In this document: positions 12,200-21,270 of the stretch, piece by piece
Position numbering within the stretch: the first letter of the stretch is position 1
Layout: each line of letters starts with the position of its first letter
Source of the DNA: an uncultured delta proteobacterium
GTDB taxonomy: Bacteria > Myxococcota > Myxococcia > Myxococcales > Myxococcaceae
NCBI GenBank assembly: GCA_963771175.1
Contig: CAVYSY010000026.1
Span: forward strand, 608,001-672,000
Reading direction: 5' to 3'
Length of the DNA: 64,000 bases
The notes under the pieces: model-generated
The model's database searches: none
The model's input: only the letters and a program-made list of their open reading frames with translations
Told to the model about the DNA's origin: nothing
Translations under genes and position numbers: made by a program

Positions 12200-12570
12200 A
12201 CGAGCTCCCAGCGAGTACTCGCGTTCGCCAACCCAACAAGTGTGGCGGTGCCGCCTCCAGCATCCAGACGGAACTGTGGGCCACCGCCTATCGGGATCGT
12301 CAGTTCCTCCTCCGGCAGATCCGCCTCTACGAGCCCAACATCATCATCGCGTGCGGCACCGGAGACATCGCCAAGCACATCCTCTTCGAGGAGCACTGGA
12401 ACAATTGGAACAAGACCACCAATGGCATGTACTGGACCCGCCCCTCGGCGATCGATGCAGTGCTCGTCTCGGCGAACCACCCGCAGGCCAGACTTGAGCA
12501 CAAGAAGCTCTACGAGGAGGTCGTCATGGGCCTGAAAGATATTGGGGCGCTCAAACAACCTGCACGGTGA
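12200..12570 (+). pseudogene. Uracil-DNA-glycosylase-superfamily-like fragment (no clear start; not shown in ORF track)
   Basis: Manual translation LAFAN/PNKCGG...FLLRQIRLYEPNIIIACGTG...VSANHPQAR...* resembles the UDG-fold L..QI....P..I...G and HP motifs. Confidence 0.5.
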
Positions 12571-12659
12571 AACGAAGTAGTGCTGCCGCAGCCCCCACCC
12601 AAGGCTGCTGGGCCTCCAGGCACCACCCTGCTTCTCCTCGACGACGTTACGATGCAGCC

Positions 12660-13426
12660 ATGCTCCCTGAGCCTGTACCCGCGCACTACATCGTGTTCCA
12701 TCCGAACGTGCCCGCTATCAAGCCAGGGTGCGTGCAACGGCGCTATCAATGGCCAGCGAGCGCTCCGGGGTAGGCAGAGTTTGGGTCGACAAGCCCCCCG
12801 GAAACGAGGATCCGTTCGTGCTTCGGCTCTTCATGGGCCTACTCGTACTGCCATGCGACGCAACTCAGGCGGGAGCCTCGCGAATCTGGCTACGTGACCA
12901 AGGGCTCGTGCATTTTGTTCTGCAGTGGCAACCTCGCCGACAAGAAACAAGTGTTGGCCATCGACACCGTGTTCTGGGTAGCGTGCTGCCCACAAGTGGA
13001 GAGCACCAAGCAAGCCTCCAGACTACTACGCGCAAGAGGTCAGCGGGACATACGGACTTGTGGAAATCCCACCTTCGCTTTGGCGGACAGCCCGGCGGCC
13101 ACAAAGGCCGGTACACGTACGAAGCTGCGCTCTTTCCGCAGCCTGACAGCCGATACTCGCGGCTCCCACTTGATGCGGACGGTGATCGGATTCGTATTTC
13201 GCTCAGTCTGCTGTCGCGCGAGCTTCGGGAACAGATCAGCGAAACCCTACACGGAAAGTACCCGGCTCTCCTTTCGGATGGGAACCTTCGAGAGCTTCTC
13301 GCTCTCGAGAGGGAACGGACTTCCATTGAAGTGGTGCGCGATATCGTGGCTGAGGATCACGACTTCATCGCGCTCCGTGAGGAACAAATCGCAGGCTGCT
13401 GCGCTCCCTGTCAGAAGGAGTGCTAG
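12660..13426 (+). CDS. Hypothetical ~250-aa protein reconstructed across about 4 frameshifts
   Basis: HYIVFHPN...NEDPFV/FGSSWAYSYCHATQLRR...VTKGSCILFCSG...IDTVFWVA...LWKSHLRFG...YTYEA...CCAPCQKEC*. Confidence 0.55.
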
Positions 13427-13462
13427 CGATGCTCGGCTCCGCACCTATTTCGAGCGATGACC

Positions 13463-14459
13463 CTACGTACCCGCCAGCCGCCCCTGGTAGATGTGCTGGT
13501 GGTGATAGCGCAGGTAGTGCGGGTCGGGTCCTCGACGGTCAGGCCGGAGGATGAGCCGAGCGCCGAGGACTCGCTCCCCGAAGTACAGCTCCGTACCTTC
13601 ATCGGCGACCATGCTCATGCGCAGCGACTCGGCGCGGTGGATGCGCAAGCCTCCATTGACGGTGATGAGCCCGCTATCGAAGGCCGCATCATGCGTCGGA
13701 CATGCGGGCAATACCGTTCGAGGGGTCGAGCCGCTCCTGGTTCGTCGAGCGCGCCCACGGCTTGATATGGGAGGCCACGAGCAGCCGATGGTGACGCAGC
13801 TTGTGGGGAGCGAAGCCGCAGAAGCCACAGCGGTGCTCGTAATGGGCCAGGACCTGGGAGGCGAACCGATGCTGGCCGAGACGAACTCGCTGCTCCATGA
13901 GGCGCGTGGTCTGCGGCTCTCCCATGTGGAAGGCCTGCTCAAGCTGACCCAGCTCTTCCCTACTCTCGTCGAGCACCCGCCCGATCTCGGCTGAGCCCAG
14001 CTCCTCCTGGCCGAGCATTTCCACTCGGCCCTCGTGCAGGGCATAGAGGACATCTGGAACGCGTGCATCGTCGAGCCCCACGTCTCGTGCGGCCTGCAGG
14101 ACCCGCCGATACAGCTCCGCGAAGAGCCCAGGAGCAGAGGCCAACCGGACGAAGAGTTCTGGCTCCAGACGTGCGCTGTTCTTCAAGGCCCCGTCCAGGT
14201 TCAGCATCTTGTTCGTCAGGGACCTGGGAGGACGTTGCAGTGTGCGAGCCAGCGCCTTCACGTCATCAGGGAGGCGCTCAATGTTGGATTTGCCAAAGGC
14301 GTGAGGGTCGAGGACGAAGAAGAAGGCGTAGCAGAGCAGTACTTCAACGGGCAGGAACCGCTCCTGGCGCTCTCGCTGGACGCGAGCGATCACCCGGCGC
14401 CACTGCTGCCGGGCATCGTCATCGCTGAGTTCGAGGTATCTGGCCAGTTCATCCGCCAT
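13463..14459 (-). CDS. HNH endonuclease (HNH_2-type, putative restriction/defence nuclease), one frameshift near 13705
   Basis: RVRLGQHRF, CGFCG, LLVASHIKPW, RLDPSNGIA/ACPTHDAAFDSGLI, YLRYHHQHIY. Confidence 0.85.
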
Positions 14460-14742
14460 CGACCTGAGTCTGCCAGGTCGCGCAGCTCGGATGCTACGTG
14501 GCGGGTCTTTCGGCGCTCGTACGCCCTTAGCAGTCCTGGTGCATGTCCCACATCCCGCGAGAGGAAAGGGAGTGCCTACTCTTCACCGGGAGAACCCCTG
14601 AGATACCAGGGCCCCGCTGTTCGTGCCCCACCTGAAGGCATCATCCACCTTCTTCACCGAGTACTCCGCCATGAGGAAGTGGATGAGCGGAGACCAGCGA
14701 AGGCGCGGAATGGCCCACCGCATGCTTCCGGTGCCGCTCGCC

Positions 14743-15759
14743 ATGCCCGGACCCCATGATCTCTTCGCACGCTTCACCTTCGGACACCCCGAGCGGGCCG
14801 CAGCCGAGTTGCGCGCCGCCCTGCCCCCGCATGTCGTCTCGGAGGTGGACTGGGCGTCCCTGCGACGAGAGTCCGGCTCCGTGGTGGACCCGGAGCTGCG
14901 GGAGACCGAAAGCGACCTGCTCTTCACCGCGCGTCTTCGCGAGGGTCGCTCGCTGCTGCTCTACGTGCTGCTGGAACACCAGTCCTCGGTAGATCGGTGG
15001 ATGGCGCTGCGCATGCTGCGGTACGTCGTCCGTCAGGTGGAGCACTGGCGCCAGCAGCACCCGGAGAGCACGGTGCTCCCGGTCATCATCCCGCTCGTCA
15101 TGTACCACGGGCCAGAAGGCGTCTGGTCGGCGCCCCGCCGGGTGGAGGAACTCTTCGACCTGCCGGGTGAAGGCGAGCAGCGGGAGCACTGGCGTGTACT
15201 GGTGCCGCGCTTCGAGTACCTGCTGGATGACCTGACGGCCGAGCGAGCCGAGGCACTGCTGGCGCGCCCCGGCCCACCTCTGGCCCGGCTGGCATGGCTC
15301 GCCCTGCGATATGGCCGAACCGAGGAACTGGCCCAGAGACTCCCGGACTGGACGGCGCTCTTCGCGCAGGTGCATGCCACTCCCGAGGGCTCCGAGCATC
15401 TGGTGGTGGTCATCCGCTATCTCACCTGGGTTGGGGACGAGGCAGCCCACAAAGCAGCGAGACGGGTGCTACATTCGGTAGTGGATGCCCAAGCAGCGGA
15501 GGCACTGATGCGGAGCTATGCCGAGGAACTCATCGAGCGGGGACGCCGACGGGGACTGGAGCAGGGACGGGAGCAGGAGCGGCTCCGTGGGCGCGCCGAG
15601 GCGGTGCTTCGGATTCTCGCCGCGCGAGGCGTGCACGTCGGCGACGAGCCGCGGCAACGCATTCTCACGTGCACGGACCTGGCCACCCTCGACCGCTGGT
15701 TCGATCAGTCCCTGAACGCCACCGCCCTCTCCGACGTGCTGGACGACCCGGCGAGCTGA
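14743..15759 (+). mobile_element. Rpn family recombination-promoting nuclease / YhgA-like putative transposase
   Basis: MPGPHDLF, ETESDLLF, LLEHQSSVDRWMALRMLRY, PLVMYHG, C-terminal GLEQGREQ and LDRW. Confidence 0.9.
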
Positions 15760-15770
15760 AGCCGCGCCAT

Positions 15771-15808
15771 GAAGAAAGGGGCTGCCCCCCTCGCGGGAGA
15801 CAGCCCCT
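15771..15808 (-). terminator. Rho-independent terminator of recA
   Basis: On - strand AGGGGCTGTC...GGCAGCCCC followed by TTTCTTC. Confidence 0.7.
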
Positions 15809-15834
15809 GAAACTTCAGGCAACGAAGGCGCGGA

Positions 15835-16929
<1,095 letters not shown>

Positions 16930-16971
16930 TTCGTCTTGCTCCTTGCGTATGCGGCGAGCCACCCCGGCCCA

Positions 16972-16988
16972 CCTGAACCCGCGTTTAG
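16972..16988 (-). promoter_or_regulatory. Myxococcus-type LexA (SOS) box upstream of recA
   Basis: - strand CTAAACGCGGGTTCAGG versus the recalled M. xanthus consensus CTRHAMRYBYGTTCAGS (one mismatch), 43 bp before the start. Confidence 0.65.
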
Positions 16989-17037
16989 TACGCGATATGA
17001 TGACCCTAGTCCATCCCTCTGACATGACCCACGGCGT

Positions 17038-17799
17038 TCAGCGCCGAGGCAGCAAGAGGAGCAGCCAGGCCAACAGTCCAGCGCCTCCGCTGAGGGCTCC
17101 GTGGTAACCGCCGAAAAACCCCAGATACAGCTGAACGAGCGCCAGCAAGAGCAGCCCCAGCAGGCCCGCCCGCTTCGCCTCCGAGTGCTCGGGAGCCAAC
17201 AGCCCCGGCACCAGGGCCATCAGCGACAGCCCCATGAGAGCGATGAGGGGCAGAAACATCCCGGAATCGTTGGACTCCAAGCCCTCGGACAGGGCGAGCC
17301 ACTGCGCGACGATGCCCGTCCCCAGCACCCCCGCGGCCGCCAGGGAGGCCCATGGGAAGCCCTGGCCCGCGTCCCGGCCCCGCAGGTGGTCCAGGTCCTC
17401 CGGGCGGACCTCCAGCGCGAAGGGAAAGCCGAGCCGCAGCAGCGCCTCGGTGGCCGCGGCCCGGCACGTCCGGCCCGTCGTGTCCTCCAGCCCCGCGAGC
17501 TGGCCACCCTCCAGCAGCTCGTGGAGCAGATCCGCCACCTGCCGCCCCCCACTCCCGGCCTCCAGCGTGTCGAGCTGCTGGTTGAGCTTCGCGGCCGCCA
17601 CCGCGCGCTCGGCCTCGGTGGAGGCCGCCCGGGCCGCCTGGACGGCGAGCTGCACCGGCAGCGGCAGCTCCCCGGGCGGAGGAGGGCTGACCGGCTCCTC
17701 CCATGAGGCCAGGAACGGCAACTCCGGGACGCCCTCGCCCTCCGAGTCACCCTGACGGGAGCCGGAGCCGGGGGGACGGGTGTGCGAGGAGCTGGACAC
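17038..17799 (-). CDS. Hypothetical membrane protein (about 4 C-terminal TM helices)
   Basis: 253-aa ORF with a hydrophobic C-terminal third; start uncertain. Confidence 0.7.
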   Translation of the reverse strand: MSSSSHTRPPGSGSRQGDSEGEGVPELPFLASWEEPVSPPPPGELPLPVQLAVQAARAASTEAERAVAAAKLNQQLDTLEAGSGGRQVADLLHELLEGGQLAGLEDTTGRTCRAAATEALLRLGFPFALEVRPEDLDHLRGRDAGQGFPWASLAAAGVLGTGIVAQWLALSEGLESNDSGMFLPLIALMGLSLMALVPGLLAPEHSEAKRAGLLGLLLLALVQLYLGFFGGYHGALSGGAGLLAWLLLLLPRR

Positions 17800-18044
17800 G
17801 GCCGGGACTGTAACGACCGGCCCCAGCCGCCTTCAAAGCTTCCCGACTGCCCCGGCCCCGGAGCTTCCGCCAGCGGACGCGGGGACCCGCTCGCGCAGTC
17901 GGGAGGACAGCGCCCCTGCCCTGCTGGGAGGGAGGCGGGTAGGCCGGGAACCCACATCAAAGGATGAAGTGCGCGAGGACTCGGCTACGCTCCGGCGCGC
18001 GAGGGGCCCGCAACTTTCTTCGAGGCCCGGGGTTCGACGAGGAC

Positions 18045-18644
18045 GTGGAAGCGGATTCGGACGCACAGATGATGTTGAAGGTGGCGGCGGGCGACCGGCG
18101 GGCCTTCGCGGTCCTGTTCGACCGGTATCACGCCAGCGTGGCGCGCTTCGCGTTCCGCTTCGTCGGGAACCGGGAGCGGGCCGAGGAGCTGACGCAGGAC
18201 ATCTTCGTGAAGCTCTACCGCAACGCGAAGGGCTACAAGCCGACGGCGAAGTTCAAGACGTTCCTGTTCCGGGTGGCCTCCAACCACTGCCTCAACGAGG
18301 TGCGGCGCGGAGAGTACCGGGTGGAGCACACGACGACGTCGGAGACGCCCGAGGACGAGAGCGGGCTGGACGTGGCGGGGCAGGAGGGGGACAGGCCGGA
18401 CCAGGCGCTGGCGGGGCGGGAGCTGGAGCGGGCCGTGGGCGAGGCGCTGAAGTCGATGAGCGAGCGGGAGCGGGCGGCCTTCACCATGTGCCGCTTCGAG
18501 GGCATGGCGTACCGGGAGATCGCCGAGGCGCTGGAGGCGAGCGAGGCGGCGGTGAAGAGCCTCATCCACCGGGCGACGCTGGCGGTGGCGCGAAAGGTAG
18601 AGGAACTGCAGGCGGGCTCCGAGCCCGTGAGGAGCAGGGCATGA
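18045..18644 (+). CDS. ECF RNA polymerase sigma-70 factor
   Basis: AEELTQDIFVKLY, FKTFLFRVASNHCLN, EGMAYREIAE, VKSLIHRA. Confidence 0.92.
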   Translation: MEADSDAQMMLKVAAGDRRAFAVLFDRYHASVARFAFRFVGNRERAEELTQDIFVKLYRNAKGYKPTAKFKTFLFRVASNHCLNEVRRGEYRVEHTTTSETPEDESGLDVAGQEGDRPDQALAGRELERAVGEALKSMSERERAAFTMCRFEGMAYREIAEALEASEAAVKSLIHRATLAVARKVEELQAGSEPVRSRA

Positions 18645-19114
18645 GCTGTCCATTCGAGGAAGACCTGACGGCCTACGTCGACGAGGAGCTGCCGCCCGCG
18701 CGCCGCGCCGAGGTGGAGACGCACCTGAGAGGCTGCGCGGGATGCCAGGGGACGGAGGCGCTCCTGCGGCGCACGGTGGCGCGGATGGCCGAGCTGCCCG
18801 AGTTCACCCCCTCGACGGCCACGCGGCGCGAGGTGCTGGCGAAGGTGGACGCGCTGCCGAGACCCCTGGGGGAGCGGCTGCTGGCGCTGCTGCGGCCCAC
18901 GGTGCTGGTGCCGGCGGCGGGACTGGCGGCGGTGGCGGGGCTGGCGCTCTACACCACCGCCACGAGCGAGCCCGCGCTGGAGGTGCCGGACGCGGGCACG
19001 CTGGAGCTGGCGATGAACCTGGAAGTCGTCGAGGACTACGAGGTCCTCGGCCTGGACGAGAGTGAAGACCTGGAGGTGGTTGCCCATCTCCATGAGCTGG
19101 AGGAGGTGCAGTGA
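18641..19114 (+). CDS. Anti-sigma factor with zf-HC2 domain, one TM helix and acidic tail
   Basis: LTAYVDEEL...HLRGCAGC (HxxxCxxC); ATGA overlap with the sigma gene. Confidence 0.88.
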   Translation: MSCPFEEDLTAYVDEELPPARRAEVETHLRGCAGCQGTEALLRRTVARMAELPEFTPSTATRREVLAKVDALPRPLGERLLALLRPTVLVPAAGLAAVAGLALYTTATSEPALEVPDAGTLELAMNLEVVEDYEVLGLDESEDLEVVAHLHELEEVQ

Positions 19115-19635
19115 TGAGGGGCCGGAGGAACATGGCGCTGGCGGGGCTGGTGGCGGCGCTGCTCGTGGGCGGCGCGGGCCGCGCGGAGGAGCCTCGCCCG
19201 GAGCCCCCGAAGCAGGAGCAGGGGCGGACGGCGGCCGAGCGCTTCCAGCAGCTCTCGCCCGAGCAGAAGGCGGCACTGCGCGCGAAGCTGCGCGAGCTCA
19301 AGTCGATGCCCAAGGAGGACCAGGAGCGCATCAAGGCCAACCTGGAGCGCTGGAAGCAGATGCCGCCGGAGGAGCGCGAGCGCGTCCGGGCCAACCAGCG
19401 CGAGTTCCAGCGGCTGTCGCCCGAGGAGCGCAAGCAGATGCGCGAGCGCTTCCGCGAGTTCCGCGGGATGAGCGCCGAGCGCAAGGCGGAGCTGCGCCAG
19501 CGGATGCGGACCTACCTGCGCGCGCACCCGGAGCGGCGCGAGCAGATGATGGAGAACATGCGCCGCTGGCGGCAGATGTCGCCCGAGCAGCGCCAGCAGA
19601 TGCGCGAGCGGATGCGCGAGAGGCGGCGTCCGTGA
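19111..19635 (+). CDS. DUF3106-like exported helical repeat protein (basic)
   Basis: Signal peptide, then repeated (F/W)..(L/M)(S/P)PE.R units. Confidence 0.8.
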   Translation: MMRGRRNMALAGLVAALLVGGAGRAEEPRPEPPKQEQGRTAAERFQQLSPEQKAALRAKLRELKSMPKEDQERIKANLERWKQMPPEERERVRANQREFQRLSPEERKQMRERFREFRGMSAERKAELRQRMRTYLRAHPERREQMMENMRRWRQMSPEQRQQMRERMRERRRP

Positions 19636-19877
19636 GCTGGCTCCGCCCCCTGCTGCTGGCCACCGTCCTGAGCGCCGGGACGGCCGCCGCCTCGGAGCCT
19701 GGTCCGCCCGCTCCACCCAAGAACCCGCCCGAGCAGCGCGCGTCCACCCCGGAGCTGTCCGCCGAGGACAAGGAGGTGGTGGAGAACCTCGAGCTGCTGG
19801 AGAGCATGGACGCGGTGGAGGACCTCGAGCTGCTGCTCGAGCTGAGCAAGGACGACTCCCCCTCCGACGAGGAGTGA
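19632..19877 (+). CDS. Small exported acidic protein
   Basis: GTGA overlap; signal peptide MSWLRPLLLATVLSAGTAAA; tail EVVENLELLESMDAVEDLELLLEL. Confidence 0.7.
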   Translation: MSWLRPLLLATVLSAGTAAASEPGPPAPPKNPPEQRASTPELSAEDKEVVENLELLESMDAVEDLELLLELSKDDSPSDEE

Positions 19878-19921
19878 AGGCCCACCCCGGGCAGGGCGTG
19901 GAGGGGTAGACTGGCGGCACC

Positions 19922-20890
19922 TTGCCGTCCCCGCCCCCGCCCCCCAGGACCGTGGAGATCCCCTCGCGCCGCTTCGGGCGCTACGTGCTGCGCTCGCGCC
20001 TGGGCTCGGGGGGCATGGCCGAGGTGTTCCTCGCGGAAACCCGGGACGAGCAGGGGGCTCCCCTCAAGGTGGCGCTGAAGCTGATGCGCAAGGACGTCTC
20101 GGCGGAGTCCTTCGCCGACGAGGCGGACCTGATGGGCATCCTGGAGCACCCCAACCTGGTGCGCCGGCTGGAGATTGGCGAGGCCTTCGGGCGCTTCTTC
20201 ATCGCCATGGAGTTCCTCGTCGGTGGAGACCTGGAGGGGCTCCTCCGGGCGCACCGTCAGCAGGGGCAGGCCATCCCCGCGGCGCTGGGCGCCCACGTGT
20301 GCATCGAGGTGCTGCGGGCCCTGGCCTACTTCCACCAGGCGCGCACGCGCAGCGGCCGGCCGCTGGAGCTGATCCACGGTGATGTGAATCCCGCCAACAT
20401 CTTCTTCTCCGGACAGGGCGAGGTGCGGCTCGGCGACTTCGGCGTGGCCAAGGCGCGCGGGTTGGACCTCGGCCCGGAGGACGGGGTGACGGCGGGCAAG
20501 CTGCACTACCTCTCGCCGGAGCAGACGCGCGGGGACTCGCTGACGCTGGCCTCGGACCTGTTCTCGCTGGGCATCGTCCTGCACGAGCTGGTGCTGGGCT
20601 TCCACCCCTTCGCGCCCGAGAGCGATGATCCCGACCGGGTGATGGCGGCCATCCGCGCGGCGAAGCTGAACCTGCCGGACACGCTGGACAAGCCGCTCGC
20701 GGCGGTGCTGCGCAAGGCACTGGCACCAGACGTGAATCAGCGCTTCCGCACGGCGGGCGAGTTCGCGGGAGCCCTCTTCGCCTGGGCGTTGGATACAGGA
20801 CAGCCCTTCGGCACGCGCGAGGTGCAGGCCTCGCTGCAACAGGCCCTCTCGCTCGCACTCTGGGAACGGGAGAAGAGCCGCCCCCGGTAG
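19922..20890 (+). CDS. Ser/Thr protein kinase (Hanks type, kinase domain only)
   Basis: LGSGGMAEV, VALK, HGDVNPAN, DFG, YLSPEQ, DLFSLG. Confidence 0.92.
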   Translation: MPSPPPPPRTVEIPSRRFGRYVLRSRLGSGGMAEVFLAETRDEQGAPLKVALKLMRKDVSAESFADEADLMGILEHPNLVRRLEIGEAFGRFFIAMEFLVGGDLEGLLRAHRQQGQAIPAALGAHVCIEVLRALAYFHQARTRSGRPLELIHGDVNPANIFFSGQGEVRLGDFGVAKARGLDLGPEDGVTAGKLHYLSPEQTRGDSLTLASDLFSLGIVLHELVLGFHPFAPESDDPDRVMAAIRAAKLNLPDTLDKPLAAVLRKALAPDVNQRFRTAGEFAGALFAWALDTGQPFGTREVQASLQQALSLALWEREKSRPR

Positions 20891-20917
20891 GAGCGGGACC
20901 GCACGCGGATTCTTCTT

Positions 20918-20946
20918 TTGACAGCCCCCACCGCCCCCCTTAGCTT
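20918..20946 (+). promoter_or_regulatory. Sigma70-type promoter for the riboswitch-nrdAB transcript
   Basis: TTGACA - 17 nt - TAGCTT immediately 5' of the riboswitch. Confidence 0.7.
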
Positions 20947-20952
20947 GTCGCG

Positions 20953-21131
20953 CGTCGCTGGTGCCAGAGCCCTGCTCTGGATTGAAAGGGAATCCGGTGT
21001 GAATCCGGAGCTGCCCCCGCAGCGGTAAGCGAGAACGAACCCGCCCATACCCACTGGCCGAGAGGCTGGGAAGGAGGCGGTAGTAGGACCGGCGAGAGCC
21101 GGGTGCTCGCGAGCCCGAAGACCTGCCAGCA
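20953..21131 (+). ncRNA. Cobalamin (B12) riboswitch
   Basis: GGTGCC...AAAGGGAATCCGGTGTGAATCCGGAGCTGCCCCCGCAGCGGTAA...CCACTG...GGGAAGG...GAGCCCGAAGACCTGCC (B12 box). Confidence 0.93.
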
Positions 21132-21270
21132 CCTGCCTCTGGGAGAAATCCAGCGGCTGCTCGACCTGGAAGCCTCGTGGGGAGGCAGGAGGTCCGTGCG
21201 CCGCGGGCTCCCCGTGGCTGTCCCGGTTCCGCCCATCTCCTCGCAGGCCTTGACGAACGCGAGGAGGAGC

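Noticed and set aside
11869..12558. 229-aa minus-strand ORF
   Set aside because: It is mostly antisense to the more protein-like UDG-type frame. The 11950-12190 part may be a separate remnant but cannot be assigned
14583..14700. Coding-like minus-strand stretch (IHFLMAEYSVKKVDDAFRWG)
   Set aside because: It is too short to assign and is probably a gene scar next to Rpn
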